Source: Candidatus Campbellbacteria bacterium GW2011_OD1_34_28 (GTDB lineage: Bacteria; Patescibacteriota; Minisyncoccia; Phycocordibacterales; UBA12079). From it: a stretch of 64,000 bases of DNA. Both the position numbers and the translations under genes were made by a program. Positions 1-9,339 of the stretch are shown one piece after another. The stretch covers positions 274,685-338,684 of the forward strand of contig CP011215.1 of the NCBI GenBank assembly GCA_001029775.1. The letters run 5' to 3'. Numbering within the stretch: the first letter of the stretch is position 1; the number at the start of each line of letters is the position of its first letter. Under the pieces are notes generated by a model. That model did not search any database. It saw only the letters and a program-made list of their open reading frames with translations, and was not told the origin of the DNA.

Positions 1-1
1 C

Positions 2-568
2 TTGCTTGCTGTAAATATCGCCGGTATTTTGCTTTTTACCTATTTATTTCTAGCGAGAGAAAATTATGAATTTATTATTTATATCGCTGTTATTGTTTTC
101 TTTCTGTTACTGATTTTGTTTTCTCACGAAAGGGTCAATTATCCAGAAGGAATCCTGTGGGGTCTCACAGCTTGGTCTTTTTTGCATATGGCAGGTGGGG
201 GATTGTATTGGCAAGGTACAAAATTTTACGAATTGATGCTGTTTCCAATAGTGGGCGAGCCATACAATATTTTTAAATATGATCAGTTTGTTCACATCGT
301 TGGTTTCTGGGTGGCGACATTGCTTGCGTATTATTTGATCAAACCATTAATGAGAGACGACTCTGTTAAAAAGTTTTCTTTTGGCCTTATCATAGTGATG
401 GCAGGATTGGGATTTGGTGCTTTGAACGAGATTGTAGAATTTGGAGCAACAGTAGTTATTCCCGAAACAGGTGTCGGGGGATACACAAACACTGCTCTTG
501 ATTTGGTTTCTGATTTGGTGGGGGCTATAGGGGCGATGGTGTATTTGAGAGTGCGAAGTATTAAGTAG
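2..568 (+). CDS. Integral membrane protein, 5'-truncated at window edge (hypothetical)
   Basis: Open frame from the window start; several hydrophobic helices; no recognised motif. Confidence 0.45.
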   Translation: MLAVNIAGILLFTYLFLARENYEFIIYIAVIVFFLLLILFSHERVNYPEGILWGLTAWSFLHMAGGGLYWQGTKFYELMLFPIVGEPYNIFKYDQFVHIVGFWVATLLAYYLIKPLMRDDSVKKFSFGLIIVMAGLGFGALNEIVEFGATVVIPETGVGGYTNTALDLVSDLVGAIGAMVYLRVRSIK

Positions 569-640
569 TAAGTAGTAAGTGACGAATTTCTGAAAGAAAT
601 TCGTCTTTGCGAACGAAGTGAAGCAATCCATAATATAATT

Positions 641-672
641 TAAAAAACTATCCCGAACGGGATAGTTTTTTA
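641..672. terminator. Bidirectional intrinsic terminator hairpin (ctatcccg-aac-gggatag flanked by A/T runs)
   Basis: Perfect 8-bp stem with A-run upstream and T-run downstream. Confidence 0.55.
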
Positions 673-758
673 AATTTGAATAAATACCATTGCGGAGAGG
701 GAGGGATTTTAATCCAGAACTAAAATTTTAAAGAGTTACAACTGATGATGAATTACAT

Positions 759-849
759 TGCGGAGAGGGAGGGATTCGAACCCTCGGCACGGTTTCCCGC
801 GCTCCGGTTTTCAAGACCGGTGCATTCGACCTCTCTGCCACCTCTCCGC
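759..849 (-). tRNA. tRNA-Ser (anticodon TGA)
   Basis: Reverse complement folds as GCGGAGA acceptor, D arm, anticodon loop CTTGAAA, long variable arm, T arm GGTTCGAATCC and 3' TCTCCGC-A. Overlapping + strand ORF 745..1077 is spurious. Confidence 0.8.
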
Positions 850-1162
850 AATAAAATCCATCACGAAATCAATATTAATTTAAAATTTAATTTTACTGTT
901 GTGCAAGACCAGTGCAATCGCCCACCTATCACCTGTCTCACTTCGTTCGACTTGGTGATTTCTTCGCTTCGCTCAGAACCGGATAAAAAGCTCAAACGCT
1001 TTTCATCCTCTCTGCCACCTCTCCGCAATAATATCTATATAAATTTACTACAACAAAATAACATATTTTTGATATAAAATCTACATTTCAAAATTTTATA
1101 ACAAAAACAACCCCTCTATGCCGAAGCAAGGGGGCTGTTGTTTTTGAGACGAGGCGAGACAA

Positions 1163-1585
1163 TTATTTTTTGATGCCCAAAATATGTTGTTCCTCGGGAG
1201 AAAGTTTTGAAAGGATCTTTTCCCGAATTTTCACCATCTCTTCTTCATCATCAAAGAGTTTTATTGGCTCTACGGAATTATTTATGACATAGCCGACAAG
1301 CCCGTTGGTCAAAACAAAAGCAGGACTTGTCTGGTGATAATTTGCATTAATCTGCACTTTGGAAAATGCTTTTGCTATATCTTCGTCTTTAAAAAATCCC
1401 AAGGAAGTGACCTTTCTCCCGTCTTCATTTGTTTGATAAACTTCTGTCATTTGGAGAACTTTAAAGTTAGAAAGCTCGGCCCCAACCAAATCTGCTAATT
1501 CCACATAGAAACTCTTGTCTGCCACATTGCCTCCATTAGTTAAATGTTTATTTATCTTGCGATATCTTACTTCAGGTACTCTCAA
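1163..1585 (-). CDS. Hypothetical protein (140 aa)
   Basis: Intact ORF followed by a terminator hairpin at 1108-1148; no motif recognised. Confidence 0.45.
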   Translation of the reverse strand: MRVPEVRYRKINKHLTNGGNVADKSFYVELADLVGAELSNFKVLQMTEVYQTNEDGRKVTSLGFFKDEDIAKAFSKVQINANYHQTSPAFVLTNGLVGYVINNSVEPIKLFDDEEEMVKIREKILSKLSPEEQHILGIKK

Positions 1586-1603
1586 AAGTCCAGAATGTAT
1601 ATA

Positions 1604-1690
1604 AAGCCTGCCTGCCGATAGGCAAGTTCATAAAGTTTTTAAAGCCTGCCTGTCGGCAGGCAGGCTCTCCGCAGTGGGACTTATTTATCG
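1604..1690 (+). repeat. Repeat family C (gcctgcctg.cggcaggcaggctctccgca.tg..acttatttat), followed by a terminator at 1725-1758
   Basis: Second copy at 14188-14230, also followed by its own terminator hairpin (14239-14262). Confidence 0.6.
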
Positions 1691-1834
1691 AAAGACCTGA
1701 TTGCCTTCTGAAATAAGCACAAACAAAAAACACTCATTTTGAGTGTTTTTGTTTTAATTGATGACTCGTATGTTAGAATTTAATTAATAGAATTATCGGT
1801 ATGTCATACAATAATATCGTGTTAGTACAAACTT

Positions 1835-2236
1835 ATGAAAAAAATTAATGGTCAAATTGGTTCCGATCTTGGGTTGTTACTCCTGTCATTACTGGGGTGG
1901 GTTAATGTTTTTCATTTTCTTACAGAGTATGATCCTCCGACTCCTGAATTATCAACATTTTACTGGTCATTTTTTTCTATTCTATTAATTGATAGAATAA
2001 TTTCTAAAAAGATTAATAATATACTTTTTTGGAAAGGAGTTTTTGTTTCAGGATTAATTATTTTTATAATAGATAATATAAGATTATTTCCACAACTACT
2101 CGCTTTAAAGCAGATAGCGTATAGTGATAACATCTTTTTATACTTTGCTTTCTCAATAACAGGATTCTTAATCTTTGAAGCTATTATGCTTATGTTTATA
2201 TACAGAAGTTATAAATTTATATCAAAAGGTATTTAA
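1835..2236 (+). CDS. Small multi-pass membrane protein (hypothetical)
   Basis: Four hydrophobic segments; ATG start. Confidence 0.45.
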   Translation: MKKINGQIGSDLGLLLLSLLGWVNVFHFLTEYDPPTPELSTFYWSFFSILLIDRIISKKINNILFWKGVFVSGLIIFIIDNIRLFPQLLALKQIAYSDNIFLYFAFSITGFLIFEAIMLMFIYRSYKFISKGI

Positions 2237-2242
2237 AATAAA

Positions 2243-4165
2243 ATGACTATATTTAATAAAACTTCAATTTTCGTAGTTCCAATAATTATTTTAATAATTG
2301 CTGGATTTTTTGTATTTAGCGGTGAGCAAAAACAAGAAAAAGAAAATAGTGAGGTGCCCGTAGAGAAGGTTACGAATGAAATCAGATTTATTAAAATAAG
2401 AGGGTGCCCCGACGATGCATACAAAGATATTGGCGTGGAGATTGTTAATCCTAAATATTTTATATGTAGAAGCTATCTCACAGACGGCACAAATGTGTAT
2501 TATCATGGCATACGGGCAGTAGCAATCCCTACTCAACCGCTTGCGCCAAGCTTTATTGCTACGTCTTCCCCAGACACAAGCGACAAAGCCCTTATGGAGT
2601 CAACAATAATCAAAGGAGCCGACCCAGAGACTTTTGAAATTATGTATTTCGATGAAAACCTACCTGTGGAGCAGCAAAACCACATGAATACATTCGCGAG
2701 AGATAAAGATTATTTGTATTGGGAAGGAAAGAGATTTGAGGGGCTTGATCCAAACACATTAGTTATATTGGGTAGAGGGTTTGTAAAAGACAAAGACGCA
2801 GTATATTTTTACTGGCGGAAACTTGAAGGATCGGATGCCACAACTTTTGAATTTTTGTGGGATGGGTTTGCGCGGGATAAAAATTTTGTGTACCGCAACA
2901 ATCCTCAACCTGAAATATTTAAAGGGGTTGACCCAGCTACATTTGAGAAAATTGACGATAATTATTTAAAAGACAAAAACGTCGTCTATTACCGACAGGA
3001 GAAAATTGGAGGATCCGACCCTGCAACTTTTGAGATTCTTTTAGGTTCCTATGCAAAAGATAAAAATAATGTGTATATGGATGGAAAGATAATCAATAAT
3101 GCTGACCCAGAGACCTTCTCTTTTTTGACGCACCCGTACCAGAGAGATGGTTATAATTATTTTTCGAAAGATAAAAACAATGTGTATTTTTCTGGAAATA
3201 TAATTTATGGAGCTGATTCAAACACATTCGAATTTATAGATTATCAATATATGAAAGATAAAAATGCTGTTTATTATAATAACGGCAGTAAAAAAATTGA
3301 TGGAGCCGACCCTAAAACATTTGAAGTGTTAGGAGGCGGGTATCTAAAAGACGGGAATTCTGTATGGATTTCTTACGGAGGCGAAGGAGGAGGTGTATCA
3401 TCTCATCGCAAATTAGAAAATGTAGATGCTCTAACTTTTGAGTTTATTGATCGTCAGTATGCACGCGATGTGACAGCAGTATATTGCTCTGGAGATGCTA
3501 TGGAGGGATTTGACTGGGGAAGCGTGGTAATACTTCAGGATAATTATATACGAGATAGCGAGCAAGTTTTCTTTAGATGTAAAAAAGTTGAAGGGGCGGA
3601 TGCAAAATCTTTTGAGGTGTTGGGCTATCAATATTCAAAGGATAAAATAGCAGTTTATTATATAGGCAAAAGAATTGATGGTGTGGATGCAGAGAGTTTT
3701 GAAAATCTGGCATGCAATTATTCAAAAGATAAAAATTCTGTATACAAGACTTCAGGGCAGACGATTTCCAAACTTGATAATTTTGATGCCTCCACATTTC
3801 GTATCATAGGCAATTGTAATCCGTCCGATAAAAATGGTGTGTATACAAACTCGGGAGAAAAAATAGCAGGTGCGGATCCTGGCACTTTCCAATTTTTAGG
3901 AGGAAGCTACAGTAAAGACAAGTATCGTGCCTATTGGAAGGCGATGCCTATTGCTAGCTCGGATACTGCAACATTCAAGTTTCTCAGTGGAGAATTTGCA
4001 AAAGATAACAATACCACATATTACAAAGGAGAAGTGTATGGTGATGAACTAAAGGCAATCTTGAGAGACACAGAAGAAGGGGGTGAACTTATGATCAACC
4101 CGACCCTTCCTCCATATGGACTTATTTACGAACTTAATAATATTGTGCCGACACCCGTTTATTAG
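2243..4165 (+). CDS. DKNYY-repeat protein, N-terminal membrane anchor
   Basis: More than 12 tandem ~35-aa repeats of the form KDKNxVYY...GADPxTFE, characteristic of the DKNYY family; N-terminal TM helix. Confidence 0.65.
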   Translation: MTIFNKTSIFVVPIIILIIAGFFVFSGEQKQEKENSEVPVEKVTNEIRFIKIRGCPDDAYKDIGVEIVNPKYFICRSYLTDGTNVYYHGIRAVAIPTQPLAPSFIATSSPDTSDKALMESTIIKGADPETFEIMYFDENLPVEQQNHMNTFARDKDYLYWEGKRFEGLDPNTLVILGRGFVKDKDAVYFYWRKLEGSDATTFEFLWDGFARDKNFVYRNNPQPEIFKGVDPATFEKIDDNYLKDKNVVYYRQEKIGGSDPATFEILLGSYAKDKNNVYMDGKIINNADPETFSFLTHPYQRDGYNYFSKDKNNVYFSGNIIYGADSNTFEFIDYQYMKDKNAVYYNNGSKKIDGADPKTFEVLGGGYLKDGNSVWISYGGEGGGVSSHRKLENVDALTFEFIDRQYARDVTAVYCSGDAMEGFDWGSVVILQDNYIRDSEQVFFRCKKVEGADAKSFEVLGYQYSKDKIAVYYIGKRIDGVDAESFENLACNYSKDKNSVYKTSGQTISKLDNFDASTFRIIGNCNPSDKNGVYTNSGEKIAGADPGTFQFLGGSYSKDKYRAYWKAMPIASSDTATFKFLSGEFAKDNNTTYYKGEVYGDELKAILRDTEEGGELMINPTLPPYGLIYELNNIVPTPVY

Positions 4166-4271
4166 ACATGGGTTTTAAACAAAGTGAGTAAAAACAATAA
4201 AAATTAAATACTATAGTGTCGTAATTTTTTATTATGATGCTTATCCAGAAATTGGAACGAGAGAATATGAT

Positions 4272-4646
4272 TTGGTAGGAAAACATAAATTTTATACTTA
4301 CCTTAAAAAAGGACTTGGTTTTATCGTCAGAAAAAAGCCCCTTAAAAGAATTAGTATACTTACGGATGATTTGGGAGAGAGTATAAAAGAGAAAGGCGAT
4401 ATGGATGTTGAGATTACCATTGATGCTGTTCATAATTTAAATAAATATGATGAAGCCGTGTTTTTTACAGGAGACTGTGATTTTTTACCACTTGTAACGT
4501 ATATAAAAAATAAAAACAAAAAAGTTTATATATATTCAACAAAAGATAATGTTTCGCATGAACTGAAAACAGGAGGGGATGGATATACTGATATTAAAGA
4601 TATAAAAGAAATTTGGGGAAAAGAATTAAAACATCGTAAAAAATAA
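4272..4646 (+). CDS. Hypothetical protein, possible NYN/LabA-like C-terminal fragment (TTG start)
   Basis: D-rich acidic segments (DMDVEITIDAV...FFTGDCDFLPLV) resemble the second half of NYN domains. The N-terminal half appears absent and the start codon is uncertain. Confidence 0.3.
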   Translation: MVGKHKFYTYLKKGLGFIVRKKPLKRISILTDDLGESIKEKGDMDVEITIDAVHNLNKYDEAVFFTGDCDFLPLVTYIKNKNKKVYIYSTKDNVSHELKTGGDGYTDIKDIKEIWGKELKHRKK

Positions 4647-4909
4647 AAGCAACCCTCAGTTAAGAGGGTTGCCCTTGGATGTATGACCCTTACAGTTTTA
4701 TGACAAAACCATAAGATAATATTATATTAACAAAAAGGAGAAGAAAGGCAAGTGTTTGAGAGTTTTGTCTAAACTTAAATAAAAAAGGCTTTGTTTATTA
4801 TCATAAACAAAGCCTTTTTTCGTCTTATTACTCACTACTCACTACTCATTACTTACCCCTTACACCTCTCTCCTTACCCCTTACACCTTACCCCTTTCTC
4901 CTTATCCAA

Positions 4910-4918
4910 ATTTGATAT
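4910..4918 (+). promoter_or_regulatory. Extended -10 (TGaTATAAT) 9 bp upstream of the rarA ATG, suggesting a near-leaderless transcript
   Basis: Sequence ttgatataatggctacATGG. Confidence 0.35.
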
Positions 4919-4927
4919 AATGGCTAC

Positions 4928-6169
4928 ATGGTAGAAAAGAAGACAAATAAAATAAACAAAACAACAGATTGGGACGAAGTTACACCTTTGGCGGATCGGA
5001 TGCGTCCTGAAAAATTGGACGACTTTCTCGGACAAGAAGAAATCGTCGGAAAAGGAAAACTGCTTCGCCAAGCGATTGAATCGGACAACCTTCCCTCAAT
5101 AATTTTTTGGGGCCCTCCGGGAAGCGGAAAAACAACACTGGCTTTTGTGATTGCAAAAATTACTAAATCAGAATTTATAAAAATATCCGCCGTTTCCAGT
5201 GGGCTAGAAGACTTGCGAAGAAATATTGAAATTGCCGAGATGAACCGCCGACTAGGAAAGAGAACAATTCTTTTTATAGACGAGATTCATCGTTGGAACA
5301 AAACTCAACAAGACGCTCTTTTGCCCCAAATTGAAAACGGAACAATTATTTTAATCGGTGCGACGACAGAAAATCCCAGTTTTGAAATCCGCGGAGCTTT
5401 GCTTTCTCGTTGTCGTGTTTTTGTTTTGTCTCGGTTGGACAAAGAGCATTTAACACAGATTGTTAAAAAGGCACTCAAAGACAAAGAAAAAGGATTGGGC
5501 AAACTTAAAATCAAAGCAACAAACAAAGTGATTCAAAGTTTATCCCAGATGAGCAACGGCGATGCTCGTGTGGCTTTGAATGTTTTGGAATACGCCAGTG
5601 TGATGAGTGATGAAATAACTTTGGAAATTATCAAACAGGCTTTTCAAAAACCGCATCTCTTTTACGACAAAGAAGGAGAAGAACATCACAATATAATTTC
5701 GGCTTTGCACAAATCAATGCGAGGGTCGGACCCAGACGCTTCTTTGTATTGGTTGGTGAGAATGTTGGAAGGGGGAGAGAACCCTTTGTATGTTGCTCGT
5801 CGCTTGATCCGTTTTGCTTCGGAAGATATTGGGCTCGCAAATTCACGCGCTTTGGAACAAGCCGTCTCGGCTTATCAAGCTTGTCATTTTATTGGGATGC
5901 CAGAATGCGGTGTAAATCTGGCTCAGGCTGTTGTCTATATGGCAAAGTGTAAAAAATCTAACGAGCTGTACACGGCTTATGGTGAAGCAGTGGAAGATGT
6001 AAAAAAGTTTGGAAATCTGAAAGTTCCTTTGCATATTAGAAATGCCCCTACAAAATTGATGAAAAATTTGGGATATGGAAAAGGATACAAATATTCACCC
6101 GATTTTGACTACAAAGAAGATCAAGAATATTTCCCAAAAGAACTGAAAGGAAAAAAATATTTGAAGTAA
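4928..6169 (+). CDS. rarA: Replication-associated recombination protein A (AAA+ ATPase RarA/MgsA)
   Basis: Walker [12 protein letters not shown], Walker [13 protein letters not shown], sensor and C-terminal MgsA helical domain ([11 protein letters not shown]). Confidence 0.85.
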   Translation: MVEKKTNKINKTTDWDEVTPLADRMRPEKLDDFLGQEEIVGKGKLLRQAIESDNLPSIIFWGPPGSGKTTLAFVIAKITKSEFIKISAVSSGLEDLRRNIEIAEMNRRLGKRTILFIDEIHRWNKTQQDALLPQIENGTIILIGATTENPSFEIRGALLSRCRVFVLSRLDKEHLTQIVKKALKDKEKGLGKLKIKATNKVIQSLSQMSNGDARVALNVLEYASVMSDEITLEIIKQAFQKPHLFYDKEGEEHHNIISALHKSMRGSDPDASLYWLVRMLEGGENPLYVARRLIRFASEDIGLANSRALEQAVSAYQACHFIGMPECGVNLAQAVVYMAKCKKSNELYTAYGEAVEDVKKFGNLKVPLHIRNAPTKLMKNLGYGKGYKYSPDFDYKEDQEYFPKELKGKKYLK

Positions 6170-6180
6170 CTCACAAAACC

Positions 6181-6234
6181 CGTCTTTGCGAACGAAGTGA
6201 AGCAATCCACGTCGTCTCGTCCGTCTTTGCGAGT
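6181..6234. repeat. Repeat family A (cgtctttgcgaacgaagtgaagcaatcca)
   Basis: Copies at 602-635, 6181-6209 (+ partial 6222-6234, 6355-6390) and inverted or partial copies at 17207-17290. Confidence 0.65.
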
Positions 6235-6478
6235 GTAACGAAGCCCTGCCTCTTTTCTGAAAGAAAAGCAACGACACGGCAGGCAGGAATCCAGAAAAAT
6301 AACGAAGCCAAAAACACAAACAAAGACGGATTTTGCTTCGCAAAATCCGCCCACTTTCGTCTTTGCATCTACCGTCGTCTTTGCGCCACCCCACCCATCT
6401 TTAAAACGGCTACGCTCCCCAAAAAGGACCGTAGCCGTTTGGTTTTTGCACCGATAAGGGTTAAAATAAAAGGTAATT

Positions 6479-7930
6479 ATGTTTGAACAACAATTTAAAA
6501 ATATTGATAATATTCTTCACACCGATTCTGGGTGCGGAACAGAACTTGACTATGTTGAGCAGACATCGTGGATTCTTTTTCTTAAATATTTAGACGATTT
6601 AGAGGAGACCAAAAAAACCGAAGCGGAATTGGCGGGACAGAAATATACATATATTTTGTCTTCAGAATATTGTTGGGATAATTGGGCTTGCCCAAAGGAT
6701 AACAAGGGAAAAATAGACCACAACAAAGCTCTAGATGGAGATGATTTAAAAGATTTTGTTGATCATCAATTATTTCCTTACCTTAAAAAATTTAAAGCGG
6801 AAGATTCTAATACTATTGAATATAAAATAGGGGAAATTTTTTCTGAATTAAAAAATAAAATTTCTAGTGGTTATAAGCTTAGACAGATTTTAAATGCTGT
6901 GGATGATATGCATTTTCGTCTATATGAAGAAAAACACGAACTCTCTCATCTTTATGAATCTAAAATTAAAAATATGGGAAATGCGGGGAGAAATGGTGGA
7001 GAATATTACACTCCGCGACCATTGATAAAAACTATTGTAAAAGTAATTGATCCTAAAATTGGGGATACTATTTATGACGGAGCCTGTGGTTCTGCCGGCT
7101 TTCTTGTGGAGGCTTATAATTATCTAACAGAAAATAAATCCAAACTTTCTTCTAAAGAAATGGATACCTTACAAAACAAAACTTTTTTTGGGAAAGAAAT
7201 AAAATCTTTGGCATATATTATTGGGATAATGAATATGATTTTGCATGGAGTGGAAGCTCCTAATATAAAACATGTAAATACTCTGGCGGAAAATATCAAT
7301 GATATTCAAGAGAAAGACAGATATAAAATAATTTTAGCCAATCCTCCTTTTGGAGCTGGAATTGGAAGAGAAATTCAACAAAATTTTCCTATTAAGACAG
7401 GCGAAACAGCTTTCTTGTTTTTACAACATTTTATAAAAATTTTGAAAGCAGGAGGGCGGGCTGGAATTGTTATCAAAAATACTTTTCTCTCTAATACAGA
7501 CAATGCGAGTGTATCACTTCGTAAACTTTTACTGGAAAATTGCAACTTGCACACTGTCTTAGATCTTCCTGGAGGTGCTTTTCAAGGGGCGGGAGTAAAA
7601 ACTGTTGTTTTGTTTTTTGAAAAGGGGACACCAACAAAGAAAATATGGTTTTATCAACTAAATCTCGCTCGCAATCTTGGTAAGGGTAATCCTTTGAGTG
7701 AAAATGACTTGGTGGAATTTGTAAAATTACAGAAAACTAAAGCAGATAGTGAAAATTCTTGGAGTATAGATATAAAAGATGTTGATCAAAAAACTTTTGA
7801 TTTATCTGTAAAAAATCCGAATAAAAATGAGGAAGTTTCTTTGCGTGAGCCGAAAGAGATTTTGGAGGAGATCTCAGCGCTTGATAGAGAAAGTGAAAAA
7901 ATTTTGAAAAATATTAAAATTTTAATATAA
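6479..7930 (+). CDS. hsdM: Type I restriction-modification N6-adenine DNA methyltransferase subunit
   Basis: HsdM N-domain plus motif I DGACGSAGFL plus motif IV NPPFG. Confidence 0.9.
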   Translation: MFEQQFKNIDNILHTDSGCGTELDYVEQTSWILFLKYLDDLEETKKTEAELAGQKYTYILSSEYCWDNWACPKDNKGKIDHNKALDGDDLKDFVDHQLFPYLKKFKAEDSNTIEYKIGEIFSELKNKISSGYKLRQILNAVDDMHFRLYEEKHELSHLYESKIKNMGNAGRNGGEYYTPRPLIKTIVKVIDPKIGDTIYDGACGSAGFLVEAYNYLTENKSKLSSKEMDTLQNKTFFGKEIKSLAYIIGIMNMILHGVEAPNIKHVNTLAENINDIQEKDRYKIILANPPFGAGIGREIQQNFPIKTGETAFLFLQHFIKILKAGGRAGIVIKNTFLSNTDNASVSLRKLLLENCNLHTVLDLPGGAFQGAGVKTVVLFFEKGTPTKKIWFYQLNLARNLGKGNPLSENDLVEFVKLQKTKADSENSWSIDIKDVDQKTFDLSVKNPNKNEEVSLREPKEILEEISALDRESEKILKNIKILI

Positions 7931-7936
7931 AAAATT

Positions 7937-8560
7937 ATGGAATATAAAATAATGAATATTACGCATTACAATGATCCTTCACAATATAACGGGCGCAATA
8001 TGATTTCCGGAATTTGCCCATTTTGTAATCAGTCTAGCGGGTTTAAAATTAATGGACAAAAGACTGGGCATACAGTTCCATTGAAATGTGATAATTGCGA
8101 AAAAAATGTCATTTGGGATTTTGATGAAAGAATTGTCTTGCCTGTTGCAAAACCAAATTCACTGATTGGATTGCCAGAAAATGTGGACCATTATTATCAA
8201 GAGGCATTGAATTGCATTGCGGCACTTGCGCCAAATGGTGCGGCAACTTTGTTTAGAAAATTGATCCATCAAGTCGGAATACATTACAATGTTGCAAAAA
8301 TCAATGACAGTATGTCCCTAATGGGCATCGTTGAAAAACTTGAAAGCGAAGGTCATATAAATAAAAAACTTGTAGAGGCATTAAGGCGAGTCAAGGATCT
8401 TGGAAATGACGGAGCGCATATAAATGAAAATGAGCCAGATATGGAACAAATTTATGTGGTAAAAAACTTGATTGATAGTTTTTTGCAGGCAACAGTTTTG
8501 CAGGATGCGAATATAGAAAAATATGATCAATCTAAAGAAGAAAATAAAAGTAAAAAATGA
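7937..8560 (+). CDS. DUF4145-like protein with N-terminal Zn-ribbon, embedded in the R-M operon
   Basis: CPFC...CDNC zinc ribbon; C-terminal ALRRVKDLGNDGAHINE...VKNLIDSFL resembles DUF4145; 7-bp gap to hsdM and 4-bp overlap with the next ORF. Confidence 0.6.
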   Translation: MEYKIMNITHYNDPSQYNGRNMISGICPFCNQSSGFKINGQKTGHTVPLKCDNCEKNVIWDFDERIVLPVAKPNSLIGLPENVDHYYQEALNCIAALAPNGAATLFRKLIHQVGIHYNVAKINDSMSLMGIVEKLESEGHINKKLVEALRRVKDLGNDGAHINENEPDMEQIYVVKNLIDSFLQATVLQDANIEKYDQSKEENKSKK

Positions 8561-9339
8561 AACTTGTTTTTATAGATGAATTCAAACCAAATAGTGATAA
8601 ATTAAATTCAGATAGACTGTATGGCATTTCGGTTGTTGTTTTAGATTCTGCGTACTATACGAATTACAAAAATGGTTTTGAAAAAGCATTTACTAAATTA
8701 GGATGGTCTAGAGAAAAAGAATTAAAAGGGCGCTATGTATATTCAAGTAAAATTTTTGAAGATATTACAATAGATCAAAGGCTCGGTTTTGCAGAAGAGC
8801 TTTTCAAATTATCTCTTTCGGAAAGCGGGAAGAAAAAACGCATTTCTGTTTTCATTGGTATAGATTCGTTTGATAAAAAAACTGGAGAATCAGAGGTATA
8901 TGTCAATCTATTATGCAAAGTGTTAAATAAAATTGGTAGGCCGTCTAATAAAAAACAAGACAAGAATTTGATTGCCTTCTTTCTGGATAATAATGACGAA
9001 GTGACACGTAAAATAAAAGAATCGGATTTTTATAGTGTATTATCGGAAAAGTTGCATAAAAATTGGATTATTTTAGAAAAACCATTTTTTGTTTCTTCAT
9101 CTAATTTATTGCCAGGTATAATCTTCGCAGATTTTATATCCTATTTTCATCAGAATTTTATAGATTCAAATAATTTTCATGCAAAAATTAAAGAACGATT
9201 TCTAAATCTTTTAGATAAAAGCGAAAAATATATTGATGATAAAGAAAAGGAAGAATTAAAAAAATATATAACAAATAGTAGAAAAAAAGAACAAGCTGCA
9301 AGAATTTTAGAAGTTTTAAGAGACATTGTATATGTATAA
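8557..9339 (+). CDS. Hypothetical protein, weakly DUF3800-like, embedded in the R-M operon
   Basis: N-terminal MKLVFIDE and C-terminal IIFADFISYF motifs reminiscent of DUF3800; overlaps both neighbours, consistent with translational coupling. Confidence 0.35.
   Translation: MKLVFIDEFKPNSDKLNSDRLYGISVVVLDSAYYTNYKNGFEKAFTKLGWSREKELKGRYVYSSKIFEDITIDQRLGFAEELFKLSLSESGKKKRISVFIGIDSFDKKTGESEVYVNLLCKVLNKIGRPSNKKQDKNLIAFFLDNNDEVTRKIKESDFYSVLSEKLHKNWIILEKPFFVSSSNLLPGIIFADFISYFHQNFIDSNNFHAKIKERFLNLLDKSEKYIDDKEKEELKKYITNSRKKEQAARILEVLRDIVYV

Noticed and set aside
745-1077. 110-aa + strand ORF
   Set aside because: It is the antisense translation of tRNA-Ser and its partial duplicates
6095-6394. Three overlapping minus-strand ORFs
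   Set aside because: They lie entirely within dispersed repeat families A/B. The same 'protein' segments (e.g. LPAVSLLFFQKRGRAS) recur at 14048..14260 because the DNA repeat recurs.
6170-6430. Possible CRISPR array
   Set aside because: The repeats are heterogeneous families with irregular spacing and no unique spacers, and no cas genes are present
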